Assembly (NCBI GenBank): GCA_023229115.1 | Contig: JALNZW010000006.1 | Span: 2,523 to 66,522, forward strand | Origin: Patescibacteria group bacterium | Lineage (GTDB): Bacteria > Patescibacteriota > Patescibacteriia > Patescibacteriales > UBA12465 | Direction: 5' to 3' | Length of the DNA: 64,000 nucleotides | Part shown: positions 36,685 to 46,550 of the stretch, one piece after another | Position numbering within the stretch: position 1 is the first letter of the stretch | How the letters are laid out: every line of letters starts with the position of its first letter | Position numbers and translations under genes: made by a program | The notes under the pieces: model-generated | The model's database searches: none | Told to the model about the DNA's origin: nothing | What the model saw: the letters and a program-made list of their open reading frames with translations, nothing else

Positions 36685-38139
36685 ATGACAATTGAAAGAT
36701 TGTTAAAAAAAGCTCTAGAAAAAAACCCTAGTATTGATACTAAAGAAATGATTAGAGCCTATGAATTTGCTGACAAAGCACATAAAAACCAGCTCAGAAA
36801 AGGTGGTGAGCCTTATATTGAACATTGCCTTCACACTGCCTTTAACTTGGCTCAGATTAGGGCTGATCAGAATACTATTGTAGCTGGGATACTCCATGAC
36901 GTGCCGGAAGATACGGAACATACAGTAGAAGAAATTGAAGAAATTTTCGGGAAAGATGTTTCTAAATTAGTAGACGGCATAACAAAATTAGGTAAAATAA
37001 AATACAGAGGCATAGAAAGATATAGAGAAAATTTAAGAAAAATGTTTTTAGCCGTTATTGATGATGTTAGAATTATTTACATTAAATTTTGCGATCGGCT
37101 TCATAATTTAAAAACACTCGATGCCTTGCCAGAAAACAAGCAACAAAGAATAGCCAAGGAAACACTAGAAATATATGCTCCAATAGCTGGGCTGATGGGT
37201 ATCTGGCGCTTGAAGTGGCAAATGGAAGATATTTGCTTTAAATACCTCTACCCTACTGAATATAAAAAAATAGAATATAAATATGAAATAGAAAAAAAAG
37301 CCGAAAGAAATCAATTTTTTATTAAAGTAAAAAATCGCTTAGAAGAAGATTTAAAGAAACTGAATATAGAATATGAAATAAGTGCTAGATTTAAGCATCT
37401 CTATAGTATCTGGCAAAAAATGCAAAGAAAAGATAGAAAATTCGATGAAATTTATGATGTATTTGCTCTTAGGGTTGTAGTTAATAATATTGAAGAATGT
37501 TATAAAATACTAGGCATAATTCATTCTATCTGGAAACCAATTTCTCGAAGATTTAAAGACTATATCGCTATTCCTAAACCAAATGGATATCGAAGTCTTC
37601 ACACTACAATTATTGGTCCCGAAGGAAAAGCGACTGAATTTCAAATAAAAACAAGGGAAATGCATGAAGAATCTTTGTATGGAATAGCTTCTCATTGGAA
37701 TTATAAAAATGAAGGTAGCAAGGATTACAGCAAGCCCAACTGGATAAAAGAAATACTTGAAATTCAAAAAGAAAATCAGGATACCGAAAAATTTATTCAA
37801 GAAATAAAAACCAATATTTTTCAAGACAGAATATTTGTTTTTTCTCCAAAAGGCGATGTTATTGAATTACCAGAAAAATCAACACCAATAGATTTTGCTT
37901 ATGCTATTCATACTGACGTTGGAAACAAAACGTCTGGAGTTTTAATAAATGAAAAAATAGCCTCCTTAAATCAAGAACTAAAAAATGGAGATATTGTTGA
38001 AATTATAATTGAAAAAAATCGCAAAGGACCAAACATTCAATGGCTTGATTTTGCCAAAACAAAACATGCTAGAGAAAGAATTAAACAATACTCTCAAGCT
38101 AGTCCTCTGTATAAATTTAAAAAGATATTTACAAAATAA
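36685..38139 (+). CDS. rel: RelA/SpoT-family (p)ppGpp synthetase/hydrolase (HD + synthetase + TGS, no ACT)
   Basis: Hydrolase HD motif GILHDVPEDT, synthetase region YRSLHTTIIGPEG, and TGS FVFSPKGDVIELPEKSTPIDFAYAIH. Confidence 0.88.
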   Translation: MTIERLLKKALEKNPSIDTKEMIRAYEFADKAHKNQLRKGGEPYIEHCLHTAFNLAQIRADQNTIVAGILHDVPEDTEHTVEEIEEIFGKDVSKLVDGITKLGKIKYRGIERYRENLRKMFLAVIDDVRIIYIKFCDRLHNLKTLDALPENKQQRIAKETLEIYAPIAGLMGIWRLKWQMEDICFKYLYPTEYKKIEYKYEIEKKAERNQFFIKVKNRLEEDLKKLNIEYEISARFKHLYSIWQKMQRKDRKFDEIYDVFALRVVVNNIEECYKILGIIHSIWKPISRRFKDYIAIPKPNGYRSLHTTIIGPEGKATEFQIKTREMHEESLYGIASHWNYKNEGSKDYSKPNWIKEILEIQKENQDTEKFIQEIKTNIFQDRIFVFSPKGDVIELPEKSTPIDFAYAIHTDVGNKTSGVLINEKIASLNQELKNGDIVEIIIEKNRKGPNIQWLDFAKTKHARERIKQYSQASPLYKFKKIFTK

Positions 38140-38185
38140 AAAGAGAGAAACCTTAAAGTCCCTCTTTTTTATTTTGATAAATTAT

Positions 38186-38419
38186 TTATCTCATTTTTTT
38201 ACCTTCTTCTAATTTACCAGTCTTTCTTAAAATCTCATACTTTTTACCTAAACTAATTTTAGCTAAAGCAGATTTCTTTAATTGTATTTTAGTTTTACTT
38301 TTAGAAAAAGTTTGTTTACCTCTAAAGGTTTCTAATCTTTTATTATTCTTCAAGCCACCCTTAAAACGTCTTAAAAAAGCTTCAAAACTTTCTCCTTTTT
38401 TTCTTTTTAAATCAGCCAT
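38186..38419 (-). CDS. rpsU: 30S ribosomal protein S21
   Basis: MADLKRKKGESFEAFLRRFKGGLKNNKRLETFRGKQTF... (ESFExxLRRFK core). The ATG at 38419 is preceded by GGGGG. The track's longer ORF adds a hydrophobic false N-terminus that overlaps hisS. Confidence 0.75.
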   Translation of the reverse strand: MADLKRKKGESFEAFLRRFKGGLKNNKRLETFRGKQTFSKSKTKIQLKKSALAKISLGKKYEILRKTGKLEEGKKMR

Positions 38420-38468
38420 ATTGACCCCCTTTCTATTTTTATTAATTCTAAGCAAAACGACTATAACA

Positions 38469-39836
38469 CTATTTAATATTTTTTTCAAGCCTAGCGATTA
38501 AATCCTTTTGAGCGATTATTTCTTGAACTCCAGAATCAGTGTCTCTAAATAAAATTGTTTCATCGGCTAACTCCTTTTTACCTAAAATTAAGACAATATT
38601 TGCTTTGTAACTCTTAGCTTCTTCCATTTGACCCTTTAAATCATCTAAATGAAAAGCCTGAAAAACATTAAAGCCTCTCTTTAACAAGTCTTTAAACAAA
38701 AACATAGCCTTAATTTTTGATTGACTATCAATTTGAGCCAAGAAAATAACATCATTTCTATTTTCTTCAATTAATTGATTATTCTCCTTAGACTTAATAA
38801 GCATTCTTTCGATTCCACCATTAAAGCTCAAGAAAGGTAAGTCTCGACCAGTCATTGTGTTAAACAAATTGTCATATCTTCCTCCACGACCAAGAGATAT
38901 TCGACTATTAAGCTCGCCACTTTTTTCTATCGGCCAAATTTCAAAAATAAGATCATTATAAGAGCCCAAATCTTTAACTAGATAAGGATTAAAATTATAA
39001 TTTACATCCATTTCATCTAAAAATTCTAAAGTCTTATAAAAACGAACATTGCTTTCTTCTGATAAAAAATTAATAATCTGAGGCATTTCATTGCGAACAT
39101 TTAAACATGACTCCTCTTGGCACTCTAACAACAGTGTAGGATTTTTTAATAAATTTTTCTTACATTCTGGACAAAGTTTATTTTTTCTTCCACGGTCTTT
39201 AAAAGATTTAACAAATTTAGATAAAAATTCTTTTTGACAAATATTATTACCTAAGCTATTTATTTGGACCTGAACATCAATCTGTAATTCTTTAAAAATA
39301 TTATAAACTAAAAATATTAAAAAGGCGTCAGATGCTGGTTTAGCGTCATTAAAAATACTAAAATTAAATTGAGTAAACTGCTTGTAAACGCCGCCTCTAA
39401 CCTTTTCTTGTCGAAACACTGGTCCAATTGAGAAAAATTTAGAAGGTCTTTCTTGAGTATTTAAAATATTGTGCTCAATCAAAGCTCGAGCTATACCATG
39501 AATTAAGTCGGGACGTAAACAACTTTTTTCTCCTCCTTTTTGCTCCAAAACAAAAAGGTTATTTAATCTATTTTTATCCAATGTTTTTTTATACAAAGGT
39601 AATCCTTCAATGACCGGAACATCTATTTTATTAAAACCATAACAATGAGCATAATCTTCAATTTTTTTAATTATTGGCCCTAAAAACTTGTAGTCAACCG
39701 GCAAAACATCTTTCATTCCCAAAAGTCTTTGAAAATTTTTAACTGAAGTTCTATCTTTAAGATTTTTAGAAGCATTATTTCTCGAAGGCTTTTTAACAAA
39801 AGAAATTTTCTTCTCGCCCTTTTTCCTTCTACCCAT
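38469..39836 (-). CDS. hisS: Histidine--tRNA ligase (with a basic N-terminal extension)
   Basis: Class II motif 2-like FRQEKVRGGVYKQFTQF, the CxxC...CxxC insertion typical of HisRS, and a C-terminal anticodon-binding domain. Confidence 0.8.
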   Translation of the reverse strand: MGRRKKGEKKISFVKKPSRNNASKNLKDRTSVKNFQRLLGMKDVLPVDYKFLGPIIKKIEDYAHCYGFNKIDVPVIEGLPLYKKTLDKNRLNNLFVLEQKGGEKSCLRPDLIHGIARALIEHNILNTQERPSKFFSIGPVFRQEKVRGGVYKQFTQFNFSIFNDAKPASDAFLIFLVYNIFKELQIDVQVQINSLGNNICQKEFLSKFVKSFKDRGRKNKLCPECKKNLLKNPTLLLECQEESCLNVRNEMPQIINFLSEESNVRFYKTLEFLDEMDVNYNFNPYLVKDLGSYNDLIFEIWPIEKSGELNSRISLGRGGRYDNLFNTMTGRDLPFLSFNGGIERMLIKSKENNQLIEENRNDVIFLAQIDSQSKIKAMFLFKDLLKRGFNVFQAFHLDDLKGQMEEAKSYKANIVLILGKKELADETILFRDTDSGVQEIIAQKDLIARLEKNIK

Positions 39837-39846
39837 ATTTTTGAAA

Positions 39847-40404
39847 TTAATTATTATAATAATTTAATTTTTTAAAAAAAGTAAAATCTTTAAAAGGCCA
39901 AGCCCTAAGCATAACTCTGCCCACTAAAAAACTTTTATTGACAGGCCCAAAACTACGAGAATCCATTGAAGCGTGACGATTATCTCCTAAAACAAAGTAT
40001 TCATTGTCTTCCAACTCAACCGACCCCTCCTCTATATTACTAGTTTCGATATTATTATCTAAATAAAAAGATTCATCTAAAACAAAACCCCTTGGATCTT
40101 CATCATTAAAAATGTAAATATCACCATCAACTATTTCCACTTTTTCTCCCGGCAAAGCAATAATTCTTTTAATAAAATATTCTTTAGGGTTTAGTGGATA
40201 CCTAAAGACAACAGCCTCCCCTCTTTGAGGACTGTCAAAACGATAAGAAATTTCATCAATAATCAAATATTCATGATCATGAAAATTAGGCTCCATGGAA
40301 GCTCCTTTGACGTAAAAAGGCTGAATAACAAAATATCTAATTGGCAAGATTATCAAAAGAGAGACGATTACTACTTTAAAAAATTCAACAACATTTCTTA
40401 ACAT
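39847..40404 (-). CDS. lepB: Signal peptidase I
   Basis: GASMEPNF (Ser box), IKRIIALPGE (Lys box) and GDNRHASMDSR. Confidence 0.9.
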   Translation of the reverse strand: MLRNVVEFFKVVIVSLLIILPIRYFVIQPFYVKGASMEPNFHDHEYLIIDEISYRFDSPQRGEAVVFRYPLNPKEYFIKRIIALPGEKVEIVDGDIYIFNDEDPRGFVLDESFYLDNNIETSNIEEGSVELEDNEYFVLGDNRHASMDSRSFGPVNKSFLVGRVMLRAWPFKDFTFFKKLNYYNN

Positions 40405-40456
40405 AATTTATGTTTTAATATATATAAGTAAAATTTAACAAAAATATCAGTAAAAA

Positions 40457-41521
40457 TCAAATTATTAGCATAGCATCACCATAGCTAAAAAATCTATATT
40501 TAAGATCAACCGCTTCTTGATAAAGATTTAGCATTTGCTCTCGTCCAGCAAAAGCGCTAACTAAAAGCAATAAACTTGACTTTGGAAGGTGAAAATTGGT
40601 CAACAAGCAGTCAACTATTTTAAAATTATAACCAGGATAAATAAAAATATCAGTAGAAAATCTTAAATCATTACCTTGATATTTTTCGATTTTACCACTT
40701 TCATCAAAATTCAAATAAGAACTTAAGCTCTCTAAAATTCTACAAGAAGTTGTGCCAACAGCTATCACTCTTTGACCCTCATTTTTAGCCTTAGCTATTA
40801 AATTAATAGCTTCAGCTGAAATTTCAACATCTTCGCTGTGCATTTTGTGTTCCAAGACATTCTCGGTTTTAATTGGCAAAAAAGTTCCTAAGCCAACATG
40901 CAAGCTGGCCTCAACAATTCTTATGCCCTTTTTTTCTATTTTTTTTAAAAGTTCATCTGTAAAATGCAAACCAGCAGTCGGAGCAGCCGAAGAACCAATT
41001 TTGTCTTCCTTGGCATAAACAGTTTGATAACTTAAAACATCCTTTTTATTTTTCTCATCTCTCTTAATATAAGGTGGCAAAGGAGTCTGCCCAATGCTCT
41101 CCAAAGTTTTAATAAAATCTAAATAATTTTCTTGAAAAGAAACAAAGAAGGTATTATCTTCTTTCTCTAAAACTTCTGCTAAGAAAATATTATTAAAAAA
41201 TAACTTAAATCCAGGTTTAACTTTTCCGCCGATAAGACACTGCCAAATATTTTTTTCTTTATTAATGTTTTTTAATAAAAAAATTTCAATCTGACCGCCA
41301 CTTTCTTTTTTGGCCAAAACCCTAGCTTTAAAAACTTTAGAATTGTTAACAAAAAGCAAATCATCTTTTTTTAAAAAATCAACAATATCATAAAAAGAAG
41401 AATGTTTTATTTCCTTGTTTTGACGATTATAAACTAAAAGGCGGGAATGATCCCGCGGACTTGCTGGCTCCTGTGCTATCAACTCTTGTGGTAAATGATA
41501 ATCAAATTCTGATAAATTCAT
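40457..41521 (-). CDS. queA: S-adenosylmethionine:tRNA ribosyltransferase-isomerase
   Basis: LSEFDYHLPQELIAQEPASPRDHSRLL and the C-terminal RFFSYGDAMLI. Confidence 0.92.
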   Translation of the reverse strand: MNLSEFDYHLPQELIAQEPASPRDHSRLLVYNRQNKEIKHSSFYDIVDFLKKDDLLFVNNSKVFKARVLAKKESGGQIEIFLLKNINKEKNIWQCLIGGKVKPGFKLFFNNIFLAEVLEKEDNTFFVSFQENYLDFIKTLESIGQTPLPPYIKRDEKNKKDVLSYQTVYAKEDKIGSSAAPTAGLHFTDELLKKIEKKGIRIVEASLHVGLGTFLPIKTENVLEHKMHSEDVEISAEAINLIAKAKNEGQRVIAVGTTSCRILESLSSYLNFDESGKIEKYQGNDLRFSTDIFIYPGYNFKIVDCLLTNFHLPKSSLLLLVSAFAGREQMLNLYQEAVDLKYRFFSYGDAMLII

Positions 41522-41524
41522 AAA

Positions 41525-42526
41525 CTATTTTTTATCCAAGCCTAAGTGACCAAAAGCAGAGTCAGTAGCAACTCTTCCCCTAGATGATCTATCTAAAAAA
41601 CCAAGTTGCATCAAATAGGGCTCATAAACATCTTCAATGGTAGACATATCTTCTCCAGTAGCAGCTGCCAATGTATTTAAACCAACTGGACCGCCTTTAA
41701 ATTTATTAATAATAGTGTTTAAAATCTTTCGATCAACATGATCTAGTCCATATTTATCGACATTTAAAATATCAAATGATTTCAAACAGATTTCTTTGCT
41801 AATAGTACCATCTCCTTCAACCACAGAAAAATCTCTGACTCTTTTCAATAATCGATTAGCAATTCTGGGAGTTTTACGAGATCTTTCAGCTATTAGCTGT
41901 CCAGACTCGTCATCAATTTCCACTCCCAAAATAGTAGAGCTCCTTTTTACTATTTGCTGAATATGATTTTCTTCATAAAAATCCAAATGATGAACAATTC
42001 CAAAGCGATCTCTTAAGGGGGCTGAGAGCATACTAGCTCTAGTGGTTGCTCCAATGATAGTAAATTTAGGCAGATCGATTCTAATTGTTCTAGCGCCAGG
42101 TCCCTTGCCCATAATCAAATCCAAGGCGAAATCTTCCATGGCTGGATACAAAATTTCCTCAACTGTTTTATTCAATCTATGTATTTCATCAATAAACAAT
42201 ATATCGCCCTCACTTAAATTGCTTAAAATAGCAGCTAAATCGCCACTTCTTTCAATGGCTGGGCCAGAAGTTATCTTGATGTTAGCAGTCATTTCATTGG
42301 AAATAACATGAGCCAAGGTTGTTTTACCCAAGCCAGGAGCACCATAAAATAAAACATGATCAATTGGCTCAGACCTCTTAGAGGCTGCTTTAATACTAAT
42401 TTGTAAATTAGCTTTAATATTATCTTGACCAATATAATCAGAAAAAGTCTTCGGTCTTAAATTAAGATCAAGGCTTTTATCTTCACTAATATTTTCGTTG
42501 GGGCTAACTATTCTATCATCACTCAT
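41525..42526 (-). CDS. ruvB: Holliday junction branch migration helicase RuvB
   Basis: [23 protein letters not shown] and FIDEIHRL. Confidence 0.95.
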   Translation of the reverse strand: MSDDRIVSPNENISEDKSLDLNLRPKTFSDYIGQDNIKANLQISIKAASKRSEPIDHVLFYGAPGLGKTTLAHVISNEMTANIKITSGPAIERSGDLAAILSNLSEGDILFIDEIHRLNKTVEEILYPAMEDFALDLIMGKGPGARTIRIDLPKFTIIGATTRASMLSAPLRDRFGIVHHLDFYEENHIQQIVKRSSTILGVEIDDESGQLIAERSRKTPRIANRLLKRVRDFSVVEGDGTISKEICLKSFDILNVDKYGLDHVDRKILNTIINKFKGGPVGLNTLAAATGEDMSTIEDVYEPYLMQLGFLDRSSRGRVATDSAFGHLGLDKK

Positions 42527-42569
42527 AAAAATTATTATAAGAAAATAATAACATTAAGAAAGTAAAAAA

Positions 42570-43538
42570 TCAAATAGAACTTAAAGGTATTTTAATTATA
42601 AACTTAGCGCCTCGACCAAAATCACTCTTAACTTTTATTTTTCCCAAGAAATCATTTTCTATAATTTTCCTACAAGAAAACAAGCCCAAGCCGCAATTTA
42701 TATTATCAGATTCATTTTTTAGAGAAAAAAATGGTTTAAAAATAAGACTTAAATTCTCAGAATCAATACCGACCCCGTTATCCTTAAATATTAAATAAAT
42801 AAATTCGTTGCTTTTACAAAGTTTAATATAAATTTTTTTAGAAAAATCGTCTCCCCTTTGTTTCAAAGAATCAATCGCATTACTTATCAAATTAATAATA
42901 ATCTGAGAAAATTTTATCTTATTAGAAAATAAAAAAAGATTGTTTTGTAAGGATAATTTAATATTAATTTTATATTTTTTAAAATAAAAACTAAAAAGTA
43001 ACAAGTTTTTTCTTATCTCTTCAGCTATTTCAAATCTATTAAAACTCACTTTATTTTTGTATTGGTCCTTTAAAAAAGAAACCAAGGAAAAAGCCTTGGT
43101 TGATACATCTATTAAATTATTATAGTTAACACGCTGATGATTATTGCTCTTGTTCCCTTGAGAAAAGCAAGTAGATTTCAATTGTTCCAAGGACAAGCCA
43201 AGAACAGTTAAAATATTAGCTAAATCATGATAAATGCCGAAAGAAATTTTACTAATTTCTACTATATTATAATTTTCCGCCATCTTATCGAGACATTTGG
43301 TCATTTTAAAAGAAAAATCTTCTTTTCCTTTTAAAAAAATATTTCTTTCTCTTTTTATTATTTCAAACAAACAAAAAATAATAAAATTAATAAAAACAAA
43401 AGAAACTAACCACAAAAAAACAAAAGACAAAAAGAATGAATCAGAATGATGAACGCCACACAAAAACAAACCAAAAAACATGGCAAGGTTTAACAAAAAA
43501 ACAAGCAAATATTTCTTGTATTTTATTATCAAATTCAT
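42570..43538 (-). CDS. Orphan sensor histidine kinase (2 TM + HisKA + HATPase_c)
   Basis: H-box GIYHDLANIL, N-box LISNAIDS, G1 DNGVGI and G2 GLGLFSCRKI. No response regulator gene is adjacent. Confidence 0.75.
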   Translation of the reverse strand: MNLIIKYKKYLLVFLLNLAMFFGLFLCGVHHSDSFFLSFVFLWLVSFVFINFIIFCLFEIIKRERNIFLKGKEDFSFKMTKCLDKMAENYNIVEISKISFGIYHDLANILTVLGLSLEQLKSTCFSQGNKSNNHQRVNYNNLIDVSTKAFSLVSFLKDQYKNKVSFNRFEIAEEIRKNLLLFSFYFKKYKINIKLSLQNNLFLFSNKIKFSQIIINLISNAIDSLKQRGDDFSKKIYIKLCKSNEFIYLIFKDNGVGIDSENLSLIFKPFFSLKNESDNINCGLGLFSCRKIIENDFLGKIKVKSDFGRGAKFIIKIPLSSI

Positions 43539-43625
43539 TTTACTAAATTTAGATTTTTTATTTTAATAATTATAAAACAAAAACTATAAACAAAACTTAA
43601 ATAAAAAATAAAGTTTTAAAAGTAT

Positions 43626-44909
43626 TTATTTTAAATTTAGCCTAAATATTTTTCCAGGAGATGGTCTTGTTCCAACTTTAGAATATTTTTTAAAATCAAA
43701 TGAGTAATCAAAATAATATTGAGTTTTACCTTTAACAATTAAACCACTATTTTTATCAACCAAAACATCCAAAAAAGAAGCCTTGCTTAAAATAAAATCT
43801 AAATGTTTTTTCTCCATCACAGAAGAAAGTGCTCTTAATTTTTTAGATCTTTCCTTTATAACACTTAAAGAGTTTTTTTCGGGAAAATAATAAGCCTTAG
43901 CCTTTTCATGAGCCGAAAAAGAAAAAACATGAATCTTGGCAAAAAACATTTTTTCGCAAAAATTATAAGAATCAATAAAGTCATTTTCATCTTCCCCGGG
44001 AAAGCCAACTATAACATCAGTCGAGATAGAAGCATCTGGCATTAACTCTCTAATTTTTCTAATTCTTTCTTCAAAATAAGAAGTACTATAAGGACGATTC
44101 ATTAATTTTAATATCTTATCGCTACCTGATTGAAGAGATATATGAAAATGAGGACAGACACGACCCTTTGACTTAGCTGTCAATTCTAAAATATCATCGT
44201 TTAATTCGTTTATCTCAATAGAACTAAGCCTAATTCGAAAAGAATGATCTACTTCTAAAATTTTTTTTAATAAACAAAAAAGGTTAATTTGCTCATCTTT
44301 AAAATCAACTCCGTAAAGACCTAGATGAATGCCAGATAGAACTATTTCTTGATAACCAGCCTGACAAGCACTTTTTATTTCGCTTAATATATCCTCAATT
44401 TTTCTGCTTTTTAAAGGACCGCGAGCAAAAGGAATAACACAATAAGAACAAAATTGATTACAACCATCTTGAACTTTTATAAAATAACGACTACGATCAC
44501 CTATCGTTTTTAAAGTTTTTTCTTTTTGATTATTTTGACAAGAAATATTTTTAAGCAAATCAGAAAAAAAAGCTTTTTCAATTTCCAAGAAAAAATTTTC
44601 CCAATTATCACTTTTACCAAACCAAATTAAATCAACCTTATCTTCTTTTAAGTCAGTATAAACTCTAGGCCAACAACCTATTAAAGCTATCTTTGCCTGG
44701 GGCAATTCTTTTTTTAAAGAAGATATTAATTTTTGAGCTTTATGTATGGCAACTTTAGTAACTGAACAGGAATTAATAATAAGTATATCAAGATTTTCAC
44801 TTCCGCTTTTTAAACCTTTTTTTATTAAAAAATTTTTTAAAGAAGCTGAATCGTATTGATTTATTTTACAACCCAAGGTATATATTTTAAAATTTATATT
44901 TTTTCTCAT
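43626..44909 (-). CDS. mtaB: Radical SAM methylthiotransferase, MtaB-like
   Basis: N-terminal TLGCKINQYDS and the radical SAM motif VQDGCNQFCSYCVIPFARG. Confidence 0.7.
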   Translation of the reverse strand: MRKNINFKIYTLGCKINQYDSASLKNFLIKKGLKSGSENLDILIINSCSVTKVAIHKAQKLISSLKKELPQAKIALIGCWPRVYTDLKEDKVDLIWFGKSDNWENFFLEIEKAFFSDLLKNISCQNNQKEKTLKTIGDRSRYFIKVQDGCNQFCSYCVIPFARGPLKSRKIEDILSEIKSACQAGYQEIVLSGIHLGLYGVDFKDEQINLFCLLKKILEVDHSFRIRLSSIEINELNDDILELTAKSKGRVCPHFHISLQSGSDKILKLMNRPYSTSYFEERIRKIRELMPDASISTDVIVGFPGEDENDFIDSYNFCEKMFFAKIHVFSFSAHEKAKAYYFPEKNSLSVIKERSKKLRALSSVMEKKHLDFILSKASFLDVLVDKNSGLIVKGKTQYYFDYSFDFKKYSKVGTRPSPGKIFRLNLK

Positions 44910-44912
44910 AAT

Positions 44913-46106
44913 TTAATAGTCTTTAACACAACGAATTGAAGATGCTATATTTTTAGGGTTAGAAAACCTGCCAATTTTTTGATATGGAAAAGGGTCTGGT
45001 GCATTAATAAAAATATTATATAACCAGGAATTAGTATCGCTGCTAGGGGTTGAAGTTCTCAACACAAATCTTGTACCAATATCAGCAAATATAAATTCAT
45101 CAGAGTGAACTCTCCCAGCCGGTAAAGCCGAAAAGGAAAAAATATCCCAGCCATGATTATTTTCATGAAAATCCCAACGAGGATGATTGCCTGTATCACA
45201 ACTACCACCATAAGGAGAGTTAACTTGCCTACAAGACATTAGTTTAGCGCCTTCATCAGTTCCCCTTCTACCTTCAAGATCAACCTGATCCCTGCTCATT
45301 CCCGCATACATTTCTAAAATTTTTACTTCTTCGTCACTAGGAATATGCCAACCAGCAGGGCAAATCCCTCTAACGTGACCGCCTCCAACGTAGATACCAA
45401 AATCATTGCTGACTCCTTCAACATACTGAACAGTCTCAGCCCATTGATACAATCCACCGTAATTATCACAACTAGACTCTAAATTATTATAACAATACTT
45501 TTCAACTATACCATTATTTTCTTGATAGTTTGGTATATCTCCTATTTTATTAAGAATCATATTTCCTATATTTAAATTCTCTGCCATCCAACATTGATTA
45601 CCTATTTGAACCGTTTTATAAGAATTACCATCAATGTCAATTAATTCGTCAACCCCACAAAAAAAATCTTTAACTATTCCTGATGGCTTTAAAGTATTTG
45701 GACCTTTTTCTAAAGTAGCCACTTCCTTTCCTATACAAAAACCAACAGAATAATCTGAATATTGATTATCAACACTATACCTGTAATCATTAAAATATTC
45801 ATCACAATCTTTGTCAGCTGGAATAGGGGCAGTTGGAATTTTTTGCATCAAGATGTTGGCAGTCGAAGAAGAGATTAAAGCTTCTCCAAAAACAAACTCT
45901 TCTTCTGTGGGATAACGATTATTTTCATTAAAAAATAATTCTAGAGCTGTTTGGATTTGCTTCATGTCGGCTACTCTTTTGCTATCGCGAGCTCGAGATC
46001 TAGCTTGTTGTAGTGCAATAATAGCTAAAGTAGCCAAGATACCGACAATAGCAATCACTACTAGTAATTCGATAAGGGTAAAAGCTTTTTTATTTTTTCT
46101 AAACAT
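44913..46106 (-). CDS. Type IV pilin-like core fused to a Fibrobacter-type major paralogous (TIGR02145-like) domain
   Basis: MFRKNKKAF|[16 protein letters not shown], then after the core DIDGNSYKTVQIGNQCWMAENLN...YGGLYQW...CPAGWHIPSDEE...FSALPAGR...SIRCVKDY. I place the start at ATG 46106. The track's TTG start falls inside a TGTATAAT-like box. Confidence 0.8.
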   Translation of the reverse strand: MFRKNKKAFTLIELLVVIAIVGILATLAIIALQQARSRARDSKRVADMKQIQTALELFFNENNRYPTEEEFVFGEALISSSTANILMQKIPTAPIPADKDCDEYFNDYRYSVDNQYSDYSVGFCIGKEVATLEKGPNTLKPSGIVKDFFCGVDELIDIDGNSYKTVQIGNQCWMAENLNIGNMILNKIGDIPNYQENNGIVEKYCYNNLESSCDNYGGLYQWAETVQYVEGVSNDFGIYVGGGHVRGICPAGWHIPSDEEVKILEMYAGMSRDQVDLEGRRGTDEGAKLMSCRQVNSPYGGSCDTGNHPRWDFHENNHGWDIFSFSALPAGRVHSDEFIFADIGTRFVLRTSTPSSDTNSWLYNIFINAPDPFPYQKIGRFSNPKNIASSIRCVKDY

Positions 46107-46145
46107 ATTTATTAAAATTATGTTTTTATTATACAATATTTAGGT

Positions 46146-46173
46146 AAATAAAAAAACACCCCTAATGGGGTGT
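46146..46173 (-). terminator. Rho-independent terminator after the tRNA-Lys/tRNA-Thr pair
   Basis: Stem acacccc (46156-46162) pairs with ggggtgt (46167-46173), loop taat. On the minus strand it is followed by TTTTTTTATTT. Confidence 0.7.
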
Positions 46174-46178
46174 TCTTG

Positions 46179-46252
46179 AGCCGCCTGTCGGGTTCGAACC
46201 GACGACCTACTGTTTACAAGACAGTCGCTCTGGCCAGCTGAGCTAAGGCGGC
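46179..46252 (-). tRNA. tRNA-Thr (anticodon TGT)
   Basis: Reverse complement GCCGCCT TA GCTC AGCTGGCCA GAGC G ACTGT CTTGTAA ACAGT AGGTC GTCGG TTCGAAC CCGAC AGGCGGC T. Confidence 0.85.
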
Positions 46253-46259
46253 TGATTTG

Positions 46260-46332
46260 TGCGCCCAGCAGGATTCGAACCTGCGACCTTCTGCTTAAAA
46301 GGCAGCTGCTCTACCAACTGAGCTATGAGCGC
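46260..46332 (-). tRNA. tRNA-Lys (anticodon TTT)
   Basis: Reverse complement GCGCTCA TA GCTC AGTTGGTA GAGC A GCTGC CTTTTAA GCAGA AGGTC GCAGG TTCGAAT CCTGC TGGGCGC A. Confidence 0.85.
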
Positions 46333-46550
46333 AACAAAATAAATCAAAAAATAATCATAAATCAAAGAATTTATGACTATTTGAATTATAAAGTAAAAAA
46401 TAATTTTTGGCAAGGGCTAAAATTAAAAATTTAAAAAAACAAGGAATAGTGGAAAATTAGTTGAAAAAAACTTAACATTTGAACAAAATCAACCTTGATA
46501 AAATACTGTATTCTGCTATTATATAATTATTCTAAAAATAAAATAAAAAA

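Noticed and set aside
38420-38488. The longer 100-aa version of the S21 ORF, and the upstream alternative starts of recA, rny, hup and the pilin genes as given in the track.
   Set aside because: The extensions add non-conserved hydrophobic or odd N-termini, overlap neighbouring genes or promoter boxes, and often begin at TTG. Internal ATG codons with better context restore canonical N-termini ([66 protein letters not shown]).
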